A stretch of DNA of 55,579 bases from a virus (lineage: Duplodnaviria > Caudoviricetes): positions 1 through 55,579 of the IMG/VR virus record IMGVR_UViG_3300035523_000006; one strand, 5' to 3'. Below are positions 9,416-18,333 of the stretch, in pieces (position 1 is the first letter of the stretch; every line of letters begins with the position of its first letter). A model generated the notes under the pieces. That model did no database searches. It had not been told where the DNA came from and saw only the letters and a list, made by a program, of their open reading frames with translations. A program made the position numbers and the translations under genes.

Positions 9416-9937
9416 TCATGCTCCAAGCCCCTGCCACGGATTGGCCTCGAACTCGCGGCGCATCTGCCCGAGCCGGTACTTGCTGATGGTGGCCTCCGCG
9501 ACACCGTAGCGGCCCGCCAGCACGGCCACAGGCTCATCGCTGGCACGGATGGCACGCACGTCCTCCTGCGTCACCTTAGCCTGCTTGCCGGCGCGTTTGG
9601 CTGCGGCGATCTTGGCGCTTCGCACCGGGCCGCTCATCACGCCGATGGCGCCAAGCTGCAGCGCCAGGCGCTTGTACGTGGTCAGCGTGCAGTGCTCGAT
9701 CTGCACGCACTTGGGCGTGCCGCAGGTGCAGCGCAGGATCTTGCCGGCCGGGATCGGGCCGTGTTTGGCCTGCCACAGCTCGCGGCGAACCAGCACGGTC
9801 TTGCCGTTCTCGCCCCTCATGCCGGGATGGCCGTTGCAGCAAGCGCCCGTCCAGCGCAGGCAGTCACCATCCTCGACGGTATTGGCGCGGATGATCTCCG
9901 CGCGCTCAGGTAGAAGGAACTGCTCGTACTCGTTCAC
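9416..9937 (-). CDS. degenerate HNH-like protein with C-terminal HTH
   Basis: DCLRWTGA...GPIP.G.....CG.PKCV..EH pattern, then a C-terminal HTH. Confidence 0.6.
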   Translation of the reverse strand: MNEYEQFLLPERAEIIRANTVEDGDCLRWTGACCNGHPGMRGENGKTVLVRRELWQAKHGPIPAGKILRCTCGTPKCVQIEHCTLTTYKRLALQLGAIGVMSGPVRSAKIAAAKRAGKQAKVTQEDVRAIRASDEPVAVLAGRYGVAEATISKYRLGQMRREFEANPWQGLGA

Positions 9938-10007
9938 GCCGACCCCTCCGCTTCCGGAGCCGAGTGCGCGAGCAAGTAGCGCTCGAAGGCGGTGGTGATG
10001 CCGCCGC

Positions 10008-10391
10008 TCACCGCAGCACCTCCACCAGTTCTTGCGGTCGGTACAGATCGCGGACCTCGGATTCGGATACGCCGTCTTCCTTCCACGGCTCCAAGAACTC
10101 ATCGGCCATAGCTGTCGCCGCCACCAAGTCCCCGGCATACGCGGTGATGCCCTGCACCATGTAGTTCGTTGTCTTGCGCAGGCGGTACTCTTGCGGAGGA
10201 TCGATGACCCACAAGCCGCCAGCGTCGAGGCGCACCGTCTTGACGGCGCGACCGTTCATAACTTCGGAGCCGTTGTCCTCGCACCGGACGCCACGAATCC
10301 ATGCCATGCCGCCGGGGCGGTTGCGCAGCTTCGGAGCGCTCGGCGGGTCGTTGCGGCCGAACAGGGAGCGAATGGAGTTGAGCAGGTTCAT
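10008..10391 (-). CDS. hypothetical protein
   Basis: ATG at 10391 overlaps the upstream stop. Confidence 0.55.
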   Translation of the reverse strand: MNLLNSIRSLFGRNDPPSAPKLRNRPGGMAWIRGVRCEDNGSEVMNGRAVKTVRLDAGGLWVIDPPQEYRLRKTTNYMVQGITAYAGDLVAATAMADEFLEPWKEDGVSESEVRDLYRPQELVEVLR

Positions 10392-10738
10392 GCGGCCACC
10401 TTCGTTGCCTGAAGTTCTTCGAGCACCGTCAGTTGCGAGCTCGACGCCAGCCACTGCGATACCAGCGTGTTGCCAACGACACCCTCGAATCGCGCGACCG
10501 CATCGGCCGGCAGATCCCGGCGCTGCGGCTTGTCGTCCTCCGCGAGGTAGTCGGTGACGTGCTGCGGGTACAGCTCGGCCTCGGTGGCGAGCTGCTGGCG
10601 CGTCATCGATTGCACGCGGCGCAACTGCCATGCGAGCCTCACCGCCTGCCGGTACGTCTTGGCGTGGTGAATCCACTGACTCGGGACGGCGCTGGGCGCG
10701 TCCAGCCTGCCAAGCAGGGGGAACTCTCGTTGGTCCAT
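10388..10738 (-). CDS. CII-like transcriptional regulator
   Basis: Directly downstream of cro; GGAGG RBS; HTH-like MTRQQLA.E..LYPQHVTDYL. Confidence 0.65.
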   Translation of the reverse strand: MDQREFPLLGRLDAPSAVPSQWIHHAKTYRQAVRLAWQLRRVQSMTRQQLATEAELYPQHVTDYLAEDDKPQRRDLPADAVARFEGVVGNTLVSQWLASSSQLTVLEELQATKVAA

Positions 10739-10770
10739 ATCGGGTGCCTCCGATAGAAGAAATTCACCGT

Positions 10771-10793
10771 CTAACCGGTTGCCTAACCGGTTG
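10771..10793. promoter_or_regulatory. direct repeat CTAACCGGTTG x2, candidate CII site (PRE-like promoter)
   Basis: 11-bp repeat with 12-bp period between cro and the cII-like gene. Confidence 0.4.
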
Positions 10794-10936
10794 GTGAGGG
10801 TCAAAAAATAGAGGTCATGACGACGGTGAAACACACGACCTTTCTGATGCGCCCACGCGCCGCTTCCAGAGTGCCGAGAGGCACCCCGGACACTTCCGGT
10901 TGCTGCGGTGGACACATCAGAAAGAGCGTGCACGGC

Positions 10937-11194
10937 TCAGGCGCCTTGCTTGTCGCCAGCGCGGCGGCGCTTGCCGTTGTCTGGCTTGGCTTTTTTGGGA
11001 TGCGGACTGGCCTTCGGAAGCACCTTCAGCCTTGCCTTCAACGCGCCCTTTGTCAGCAGCTCAATCTGGACCTGCCGCAAGTACGGTGGCTCGTCTTGCC
11101 ATTGGGTCTGGTAGAGGGCGGGGACGGTGACGCCGAGAGCTTTCGCCAACGCCGCTTTGCCTCCGAAGTAGTCGATTGCAGCTTGGGTCTTCAC
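10937..11194 (-). CDS. cro: Cro-like repressor
   Basis: AIDYFGGKAALAKALGVT.PALY..QW..EPP.LRQ.QIE..T.G.LKA; divergent from the repressor. Confidence 0.85.
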   Translation of the reverse strand: MKTQAAIDYFGGKAALAKALGVTVPALYQTQWQDEPPYLRQVQIELLTKGALKARLKVLPKASPHPKKAKPDNGKRRRAGDKQGA

Positions 11195-11203
11195 GAGTGA
11201 GAC

Positions 11204-11231
11204 TTTACCACGCTCAACTTAGCCGGGTAAA
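11204..11231. promoter_or_regulatory. OR operators, YTTA-N6-TAAA-like palindromes
   Basis: TTTACCACGCTCAA (11204) and CTTAGCCGGGTAAA (11218); the same motif recurs at 12446 and 12482. Confidence 0.55.
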
Positions 11232-11256
11232 TATACCCGACGGTCTAATAGGGGTT

Positions 11257-11700
11257 ATGCTCCTGAAGGACCGTGTTCTTGAGGCGATAGACAAGTCGGA
11301 GAAGACGAAGGCCGAAATCGCCCGCGCCTGCAGCGTCACGAACGCTGCTGTCACCCATTGGATTTCCGGCGACACCAAGAACATGAAGGCCGACACGGCG
11401 CTGGCGCTGGAAGAGGCTACCGGCTACCGCGCACGATGGATCTTGTACGGCAAGGGCACCAAGAAGGTAGGGGCGCCCTATTGGCCCTTCACGCAGGAAC
11501 TGCTCGATGCCGTCAAGAAGCTCGAAAGCACCGACCTAGATAGGTTGGAAAACGCCATGCGCCTGCACCTGCGCCTAGAACTTCTTGAGAAGGAACAGCC
11601 GCAGAAACTCGACCGTCGCAACGATCCGCGCATCTCAGAAAACTTACGCGGCTCTGACAGCAAGCCAGCGCCAGCAACCAAAGGTGTTAGGGGAAACTAA
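11257..11700 (+). CDS. cI: CI-like HTH (XRE) repressor lacking an S24 peptidase domain
   Basis: TKAEIARACSVTNAAVTHWISG HTH followed by WILYGKG; only 147 aa; divergent from cro. Confidence 0.8.
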   Translation: MLLKDRVLEAIDKSEKTKAEIARACSVTNAAVTHWISGDTKNMKADTALALEEATGYRARWILYGKGTKKVGAPYWPFTQELLDAVKKLESTDLDRLENAMRLHLRLELLEKEQPQKLDRRNDPRISENLRGSDSKPAPATKGVRGN

Positions 11701-11774
11701 GCAATTGACAGCCCATCCTTAAGAGAGGACAACTATCCGTCAGCAGGGGGTCAGCACGACGAAGGGGATTCCAA

Positions 11775-12005
11775 ATGGCGGTAGTTTTGAGCCTAGCTCG
11801 GTACAAGAATCGACGGATGGCTGAAATGTTCAGAGCGTTTGCGGAGTACGCAGAAAACGGAGAGGCAGTAGGATTCGGCGGGGTTGTGAGATGGTCTGAC
11901 GGCTCGGAGCAAATGGTGCTCGCCGGGCCATATCAGGAGTCGGCGCAGGCGATCAAAGCCGTCGCGAAGATGAAGCACCACCTGCTCGACGACACGAAGT
12001 TTTAG
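11775..12005 (+). CDS. hypothetical immunity-region protein
   Basis: AAGGGG RBS; TTGACA upstream at 11705. Confidence 0.6.
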   Translation: MAVVLSLARYKNRRMAEMFRAFAEYAENGEAVGFGGVVRWSDGSEQMVLAGPYQESAQAIKAVAKMKHHLLDDTKF

Positions 12006-12045
12006 CCCCGCCCGTGGGGTTCGCGGGCAACTGCAGGAGAGTTCT

Positions 12046-12389
12046 ATGCGACTCGCGATCATCGGGGCTGCGGCCATACTCACGGCCTGCGCTGCACCTA
12101 TCACCCCGTCACCAGGCAGGAGTTGTCCGCTGCGTCATCATGGGACGTGTGTCGCTACACCACCATGGGCGGCACGCTGGCCCCAATGGCCGAAGCCGAG
12201 GCGAACCGGCGAGCGCTGAACTGCCTGCCGTACTACCAAGCCATTCAGCAACAACGCAACCGCCAAGCCGACGCCATGGACCAAGCCGCACGCTACTTCC
12301 TTGCGCCGGCAACGACCCCGATGCCACGATCCTCCATGAGCTGCAACAGCTACCGCATGGGGAACACGATTCAGACCGACTGTCGCTGA
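12046..12389 (+). pseudogene. lipoprotein, frameshifted near 12115
   Basis: AGGAGA RBS, signal peptide MRLAIIGAAAILTAC with lipobox; mature domain continues in the frame of ORF 12123-12389. Confidence 0.6.
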
Positions 12390-12408
12390 TCTAGCGTCAC
12401 TCGCCCAC

Positions 12409-12430
12409 GAGCCGCCTTCGGGCGGCTTTT
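12409..12430 (+). terminator. intrinsic terminator
   Basis: AGCCGCC-TTCG-GGCGGCT followed by TTT. Confidence 0.8.
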
Positions 12431-12445
12431 CATTTGCACGAATTC

Positions 12446-12497
12446 CTTACTGCACTAAAGGGTTTTGCGCTTGTGCGGAGCTTTATTGTGCTAAATT
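12446..12497 (+). promoter_or_regulatory. OL operators and PL-like promoter
   Basis: CTTACTGCACTAAA and TTTATTGTGCTAAA; extended -10 TGcTAAATT at 12489-12497. Confidence 0.55.
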
Positions 12498-12543
12498 CTC
12501 TCCATCGACCCGCTGCACTGCAGCCCCACAGGAGAGACGAGCG

Positions 12544-12816
12544 ATGACCCACAAGGAACTGACGAAGCACCTGCGGCACCGTCTCGCCGTCGCCAAGGTT
12601 CCTTGCCGCGTCCGGATGAATTCCTACTGCGGCGAGCGCGTGGTTCAGGTCATCACGCCGACGTTCGATGCGCGCTGGACGCCAGAGCAACTGCACCAGA
12701 TCGGCCAGATCGCCGTCGTGAACCACCTGACGCTGGCGCGCGGCCTGCCGATCGATCTCGCGGTGATCGCGCAACTTACAGGCGCGACTCAATTCGACTT
12801 CAGCCTTCCGGCGTGA
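12544..12816 (+). CDS. hypothetical protein, first PL gene
   Basis: AGGAGA RBS. Confidence 0.6.
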   Translation: MTHKELTKHLRHRLAVAKVPCRVRMNSYCGERVVQVITPTFDARWTPEQLHQIGQIAVVNHLTLARGLPIDLAVIAQLTGATQFDFSLPA

Positions 12817-12879
12817 CGCCCGCCGCCTAACCCATCGACCCCGCACCAGCGGCCCACGCAGTTAAACAGGAGAACAGAG

Positions 12880-13437
12880 TTGGCGAACACCAAATACGAA
12901 TTTGTCCCGGGCGATGAAATCATCATCGCCCCAGGCCGCACGGTCAAGCGCATCCGATCGCTCGTCGCCATCGCTGCACTCGGCCTTCCGGCTGGCGCAC
13001 TCGGCGGGTACGTGGAGGCGGAGAAGTGCCTCGACGTGTCCGGCGACGCGTGGGTGTCCGGCGACGCGTGGGTGTACGGCGACGCGCAGGTGTCCGGCAA
13101 CGCGCAGGTGTCCGGCGACGCGCAGGTGTCCGGCAACGCGTGGGTGTACGGCGACGCGTGGGTGTACGGCGACGCGCAGGTGTACGGCGACGGCCTGCTC
13201 TTCTGGGCGTCCAAGGTTGGGACCGCCAACGGCACGCTGACGGTGTTTGCCGCCAAGGACGGCGCGTTGCTCGCTACGCGCGGGTGCTTTCTCGGAACCA
13301 TCGACGAGTTCCTGGCCAAGTCTGAGCGCGAGCACGACGACGCGACGCATCTGGAATATCGGTTGCTGATCGAGGTCGCGCATTCGCGGATCACGCGGGC
13401 CATCGCTCGCGCCGCCCACCCCGCTAGCGAAGCCTGA
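12880..13437 (+). CDS. hexapeptide-repeat (beta-helix) phage protein
   Basis: LGGYVE.E..L motif followed by (D/N)A(W/Q)V(S/Y)G repeats. Confidence 0.85.
   Translation: MANTKYEFVPGDEIIIAPGRTVKRIRSLVAIAALGLPAGALGGYVEAEKCLDVSGDAWVSGDAWVYGDAQVSGNAQVSGDAQVSGNAWVYGDAWVYGDAQVYGDGLLFWASKVGTANGTLTVFAAKDGALLATRGCFLGTIDEFLAKSEREHDDATHLEYRLLIEVAHSRITRAIARAAHPASEA
13036..13192 (+). repeat. 18-bp coding tandem repeat (about 8.5 units)
   Basis: GTG(TC/TA)CGGC(G/A)ACGCG(TGG/CAG) units. Confidence 0.9.
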
Positions 13438-13456
13438 CCAACAGGAGAACGAAGAC

Positions 13457-13663
13457 ATGCACGAAGCGCACGCCGAGACTGCCGGCCGTTGGTTTGTTCA
13501 GCGCTGGGGAGGCGACCACGGCTACCCCGCTGGCTTCTATCTCTATCGCCACAGCGCCAGCGGTTCGATTGAGTGGATGCAGGACGCGACCGGCAACCCG
13601 CAGCGGTTCGATACCGCGACGGAAGCCGCCGCCGAAGTCAATCTCGCTCCCTCGCAGTCCTGA
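13457..13663 (+). CDS. hypothetical protein
   Basis: AGGAGA RBS. Confidence 0.55.
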   Translation: MHEAHAETAGRWFVQRWGGDHGYPAGFYLYRHSASGSIEWMQDATGNPQRFDTATEAAAEVNLAPSQS

Positions 13664-13688
13664 GCACCCCCTACATAGGAGAAACAGC

Positions 13689-14108
13689 ATGAGCGATTCG
13701 ACACAAGTCTCCGGCACGACATGGCGTGAGGTTGTCGTCTTCGGTTGCCATATCGACCTCGGGCCGGACGAGCGGCCCGATGGCTGCGTGTTCGACAGCG
13801 GCGACATCTGCGACTGCCGGATTGCCGAGACGCTGCAGGCCGCTGGCAAGGGCCGAGACGCCTGCGAGCACTGGAGGCCGGTCACGCTCACGAAGTACGA
13901 AACGGTTTCCGACATCCTCCAGTCGCGCGAAGCTCTCCGCGCCTCTCACGGTGCGCTGGTCAAGGCGCTGACACGGCTCCTTACTCGGTTTCCGACCGAC
14001 GACGACATGGCGGGCGCGGGCTGGGAAACGTCAGCCATCAACGAAGCGTGCAACGCTTACGACGACGCTCGCGCTGCTCTCGCTGTCGCCCAAAAGGTGA
14101 CGGCATGA
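13689..14108 (+). CDS. hypothetical Cys-containing protein
   Basis: AGGAGA RBS; ATG at 13689. Confidence 0.55.
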   Translation: MSDSTQVSGTTWREVVVFGCHIDLGPDERPDGCVFDSGDICDCRIAETLQAAGKGRDACEHWRPVTLTKYETVSDILQSREALRASHGALVKALTRLLTRFPTDDDMAGAGWETSAINEACNAYDDARAALAVAQKVTA

Positions 14109-14280
14109 AGCTCGGCAACGCCTCCGATCGTCGCGCGTGCGCAGCATTTGCCCGCGAGCAGCGCAATCGCTTTCCGACTCTGCAGGGCAACTGGTCGCGC
14201 AGGCTCTGGAACTTCAGCGTTGCGCAGGCCGTTCACAACAAGCTGGCGATGCTGGTCAGGGCGCGAAAGGCGGGTGTGTG

Positions 14281-14484
14281 ATGACCGCAACCCTCGTCAC
14301 CGACCTCCTGCGCGAGCTGCAAGCGGCCGACCGAATCATCACCAACGCGCTGCAACTCATGACGACAGAGCAAAAGCTCCAGTGGGCCGAGGCCAACGAC
14401 AGAGACGGCCTCGTAAACATCGGCGTGACCCGCCACCACGAGCGCGCGGCAGTGATTGCGCGGGCACTGGGAGAGACGTCGTGA
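14281..14484 (+). CDS. hypothetical protein
   Basis: Coupled ORF (MTATLVTDLLREL). Confidence 0.5.
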   Translation: MTATLVTDLLRELQAADRIITNALQLMTTEQKLQWAEANDRDGLVNIGVTRHHERAAVIARALGETS

Positions 14485-14726
14485 GCCACGTCAACAAGCA
14501 CGCATCCCCGAAGCGCACGACGAACTACGCACAGATTGCTGGCATGGGCGACAACTGGACGCCGCCCGACGACGACGGACTGCACGACTGCCCCGTTTGC
14601 GACGGAAATGGCTTCCGCTTCGTTCTGGAGGATGGCAAGAAGGCGCGCGAAGTCTGCCCCGCTTGCGATGGGACGCGGTTTCTGGACGAAAACGGTTATC
14701 CGTACAAACCACAGGAGCAAGCATGA
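14481..14726 (+). CDS. small zinc-finger protein
   Basis: CPVCDGNG...CPACDG motif; GTGA overlap. Confidence 0.55.
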   Translation: MSHVNKHASPKRTTNYAQIAGMGDNWTPPDDDGLHDCPVCDGNGFRFVLEDGKKAREVCPACDGTRFLDENGYPYKPQEQA

Positions 14727-15044
14727 ACGGTCACTCTTTGTTCTCAATCTGGCTCGGCCTGAGCCTCGGCCACTTCGCGTATCAGTTTCTCACGCAAGCG
14801 CTGTACGGGGTAGCGTTGGAGCGCACGTTCTTCACCGGCTGCGCACTGCTCACGGTGTGGGTCATCGGGAAGGCGCGAGCATGAGCGACGTTCTGAACCA
14901 CTGGCACCGTCAAAAGGCCAAGCGCTTTGCACAAGCGCCCGCCGAATACGCCTGCGCCGTGACGCGCTACCGCCAGCCCAGCCACGGCTGGAAGGTTGCG
15001 CTTGCGATTGCTGCTGTTCTGGTGCTTACCGCGTGGAGGATCGC

Positions 15045-15485
15045 ATGAGCCGAGGCTTCGCTGCAATCGGCCTTGACCGCTGCAAGTGCACGGCGAACCT
15101 CGGCGGCGCGCTTCGTGCTGCTCAGGTCTACGGCGCTGCGATGGTGGCCGTGTCAGGTGGTCGCATGGGCGGCTACGCGACCGACACCATGAAGGCGTAC
15201 CGACATCTGCCGTGCGTCAACGTGGACGACATTCTCGCGGCTACGCCCTACGGCGCGACCCCGGTGGTGATCGAGCTTTGCGACCGCGCCAAGCCGCTGA
15301 TGGACTTCAAGCATCCGCAGTCGGCCTTCTACATCTTCGGGCCGGAAGACGGCTCGGTCCGCAAAGACATCGTGGACCGAATCGAGCGCGTCGTGTACGT
15401 GCCGATGGACGGATGCATGAATCTCGCCGCCACGGTGAACGTGGTGCTCTACGACCGCCTCGCCAAGCAAGGAGCCTCATCGTGA
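15045..15485 (+). CDS. SpoU/TrmH-family (SPOUT) RNA methyltransferase, TrmL-sized
   Basis: Motif 1 NLGGALRAA..YG, motif 2 IFGPEDG, motif 3 VPM..CMNLA.TV.VVLYDR. Confidence 0.85.
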   Translation: MSRGFAAIGLDRCKCTANLGGALRAAQVYGAAMVAVSGGRMGGYATDTMKAYRHLPCVNVDDILAATPYGATPVVIELCDRAKPLMDFKHPQSAFYIFGPEDGSVRKDIVDRIERVVYVPMDGCMNLAATVNVVLYDRLAKQGASS

Positions 15486-15748
15486 CCCTGCGCCACATCG
15501 CCACCAACCGCCTCACCGAGCGCGACATGCTGACCGCCTGCGTCCGCTCGGGACAGGTTGACTCGCGCCAGATCGCCGCGCACATCCGGGCGTCAGAGCT
15601 GGACGGCATCGGCAACGAGTGCGCCTTGCCCATCGTGGTCAACGACCTGCAGCCGGTTCGCAAGCCGCACAACTGGCAGAGCATCGGCTGGCAATGCTTC
15701 TGGGCCGCGTTCGCGCTGTACATGCTGATCGCGTTCGTCGGGCGGTGA
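15482..15748 (+). CDS. hypothetical protein with C-terminal TM helix
   Basis: GTGA overlap; hydrophobic C-terminus. Confidence 0.5.
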   Translation: MTLRHIATNRLTERDMLTACVRSGQVDSRQIAAHIRASELDGIGNECALPIVVNDLQPVRKPHNWQSIGWQCFWAAFALYMLIAFVGR

Positions 15749-15874
15749 CATGGACGACGACCTTGACCTGATAGACGACATGGCCGCCACATGGCCGTGG
15801 TTCGCTGTCGTGCTGGCCGTCTTCGTCATCGCTGCCGTCGCTTTCGTCGGCTGATTCATCACAGGAGATAGAGC

Positions 15875-16081
15875 ATGAGCAACAGCATGAAATTCCCAGG
15901 CCGCAACATCGTGACGCTGTGCCAGTCCGCTGTGATGTTGGTGGTCCAGCAGGCGATGAACGAACGAACATACGACAGCGACAAGGCGCCCATTCGCGTG
16001 CTCGGCATCGGCGCCCGCACCGATGGCGGGGCAACCGTTTTCGATATTGAGGTAACTACCGACCCGGAGGCGGCACCATGA
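15875..16081 (+). CDS. hypothetical protein
   Basis: AGGAGA RBS. Confidence 0.5.
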   Translation: MSNSMKFPGRNIVTLCQSAVMLVVQQAMNERTYDSDKAPIRVLGIGARTDGGATVFDIEVTTDPEAAP

Positions 16082-16398
16082 ATGCCCGCACCGAGCTAGA
16101 CGAAGCCGAATGCCGCGCCCGCGAGGTTGCCGCGTTCCGCTCCGAGTTCCTGCGCTATGCCGCGAAGGACGATCTGACGCAGCCCTGCCCGGTCGGCCGC
16201 ATGGTGCACTACTACGGCTCGTCTCGCCGCGAAACCATCGCAGAAATGATCGGCTACGACATGGACTGTGGCGACAACCTCACCGAAGCCGTCCGTCTGC
16301 TGTGCGCCGCAAGCAAGGGCGAGGACATCCAGGCCGAAGCCTGCAACCTGCTGGTGAAGCTGGCCGACCGCTGGGCAGAAAACCGGAGCGAGATGTGA
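16078..16398 (+). CDS. hypothetical protein
   Basis: GGAGG RBS; ATGA overlap. Confidence 0.55.
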   Translation: MNARTELDEAECRAREVAAFRSEFLRYAAKDDLTQPCPVGRMVHYYGSSRRETIAEMIGYDMDCGDNLTEAVRLLCAASKGEDIQAEACNLLVKLADRWAENRSEM

Positions 16399-16700
16399 AG
16401 CAAGCCGCGAAAGACATCCTGTGGGCCTTCTGCCAGGTGCCCGTGATCTACCGCAGGCTGCGCTCGCTGCGCGTTAGCCGCTTGCGGGCTCTGTGGCAGG
16501 CGGTCGATACGGCCTCACCTCTGTGAAAGGACACACCATGTTTGATGACCTGATCGCCGCAATGCACGCCGCCGTCAATGCAGCCGTGCGCGAGTTCCGC
16601 CGCCGCCGCGTCATGCGCCAGCGCGTGCGGCAAGCCAATCTCCCCTTTTGATGGGTCAGCCGCTACCCGTTGACAGCGGCATTTTCTAAGGAGCTACACC

Positions 16701-17351
16701 ATGGGTTTCATTGCATCTGACGCCGGCGGGTCCGGCAACTTCAAGCGCGTTCCGGCTGGCGTTCACATCGGGCGCTGCTATTCGCTCGTAGACTTGGGCA
16801 CGCAGACCACGGACGGCCAGTACGGCGTGAAGCAGCAGCACAAGATCCGCATCGGCTGGGAACTGTTCGGCGAGGACGAGAACGGCGGCCCGCTCGTGGT
16901 GGACGTGGACGGCCGGCAGATGCCGATGACGATCAGCAAAAGCTACACCGTCAGCCTGCACGAAAAAGCCAGCCTGCGCAAAGACCTGTCGGCATGGCGC
17001 GGGAAGGACTTCAGCGAGGAAGAGGCCAAGGCGTTCGACATTTCCCGCCTCGTCGGCGCTTACTGCATGGTCAACGTCACCACCAGCGAGACGAACGGCA
17101 AGACGTACAGCAACGTCGCCGGCCTGACGCCGCTCCCGGCTGCGCTCAAGAACAGCAAGCCGGCGGCCATCCATGCGAACGTCATGTTCAACCTGGACGA
17201 GCCCGACATGGAAGTGTTCGCCACGTTCCACGAGAAGCTGCAGGACGCAATCAAGCGCAGCCCGGAATGGTCGAAGGCGACCGGCAGCAAGTCATCCCAC
17301 AAGGGGCCGGACTTCGACGATGTACCGGACTTCGAGGAAACCCCGTTCTGA
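16701..17351 (+). CDS. phage ssDNA-binding/replication-recombination protein
   Basis: P.G.H.GRCY..VDLGTQ...SLHEKA.LRKDL..WRG motifs; acidic tail ending PF, as in SSBs. Confidence 0.7.
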   Translation: MGFIASDAGGSGNFKRVPAGVHIGRCYSLVDLGTQTTDGQYGVKQQHKIRIGWELFGEDENGGPLVVDVDGRQMPMTISKSYTVSLHEKASLRKDLSAWRGKDFSEEEAKAFDISRLVGAYCMVNVTTSETNGKTYSNVAGLTPLPAALKNSKPAAIHANVMFNLDEPDMEVFATFHEKLQDAIKRSPEWSKATGSKSSHKGPDFDDVPDFEETPF

Positions 17352-17363
17352 CCGGGAGCCAGC

Positions 17364-18122
17364 ATGAACCTGTTTCTCGATATCGAATCCATCCCGACGC
17401 AGCGCGACGACGTGCGCGCCTACCTCGAAGAGTCCCTGCGCGACGAACTGACGCAGGCCATCGAGGCAGTCTGCGCGCCGTCCAACTACAAGGACGAGGC
17501 CAAGATCGCCGAGTTCTGCGATAACAAGCGGGCGCAGCTCAAGTCTGACTTTGCCGCGAAGATCACCGAGAAGGTCAATGCGACCGGCCTGGACGGCTCA
17601 TTCGGCCACGTCTGCGTGATCGGCTGGGCCTGCGACGACGACGAGCCGCAATGCGTGCTCAGCGCCGACAACGAAGCCGCCCTGTTGGGCGAGTTCTCCA
17701 AGCGGCTGCTGGTGACGCCGTCCGAGCGCTTCACCACAACCATCATCGGGCACAACGTTGCGTCGTTCGACCTGCGGTTTCTGACGCAGCGCTACATCGT
17801 CAACGGCATCCGGCCGCCGCTCGCCATCGCCCGCGCCGCTCAAGCCAAGCCGTGGGAGGGCGACAAGGTATTCGACACGATGGTGCAGTGGGCTGGGATC
17901 GGCGGGCGCATCAGCCTGGATAAGCTCTGCCTGGCACTGTCCATCCCCTCGCCCAAGGGCGACATGGACGGTTCGATGGTTGCCGAGTACGTTGCCGCCG
18001 GCCGCATCGAAGAGGTCGCCGCGTACTGCAAGCGTGACGTGGAAGCCGCCCGCGCTGTCTGGCGCCGGATGACGTTCGCCCCAACGCCGATCATGCGGCA
18101 GTTCGACGACGTGCCCGCCTGA
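17364..18122 (+). CDS. DnaQ/PolB-like 3'-5' exonuclease
   Basis: ExoI FLDIES, ExoII IGHN..SFDL.FL, ExoIII YC.RDV. Confidence 0.85.
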   Translation: MNLFLDIESIPTQRDDVRAYLEESLRDELTQAIEAVCAPSNYKDEAKIAEFCDNKRAQLKSDFAAKITEKVNATGLDGSFGHVCVIGWACDDDEPQCVLSADNEAALLGEFSKRLLVTPSERFTTTIIGHNVASFDLRFLTQRYIVNGIRPPLAIARAAQAKPWEGDKVFDTMVQWAGIGGRISLDKLCLALSIPSPKGDMDGSMVAEYVAAGRIEEVAAYCKRDVEAARAVWRRMTFAPTPIMRQFDDVPA

Positions 18123-18134
18123 CCGGACCCCACC

Positions 18135-18323
18135 ATGACCGAACCGAAAAAGCAAGGCTTCGCGACGATGGACCCGACCCGCGTCCGGCAAATCGCCGTG
18201 ATGGGCGGCCGTCGTTCGCAGGAGAGCGGTCGCGGCCACGCCTTCACGTCAGCCGAAGCGCGCGAGGCTGGACGCAAGGGTGGCGCGGCTCGTGCGGCAG
18301 CGAACAGGGCGAAATCCGCCTGA
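18135..18323 (+). CDS. KGG-repeat stress-induced protein
   Basis: GFATMD....QIA..GG and EAREAGRKGG motifs. Confidence 0.8.
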   Translation: MTEPKKQGFATMDPTRVRQIAVMGGRRSQESGRGHAFTSAEAREAGRKGGAARAAANRAKSA

Positions 18324-18333
18324 AGGACACAAG

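Noticed and set aside
13036-13192. 18-bp tandem repeat as a CRISPR array or DGR repeat
   Set aside because: No spacers; it is an in-frame hexapeptide coding repeat, and no cas or reverse transcriptase gene is evident in the window.
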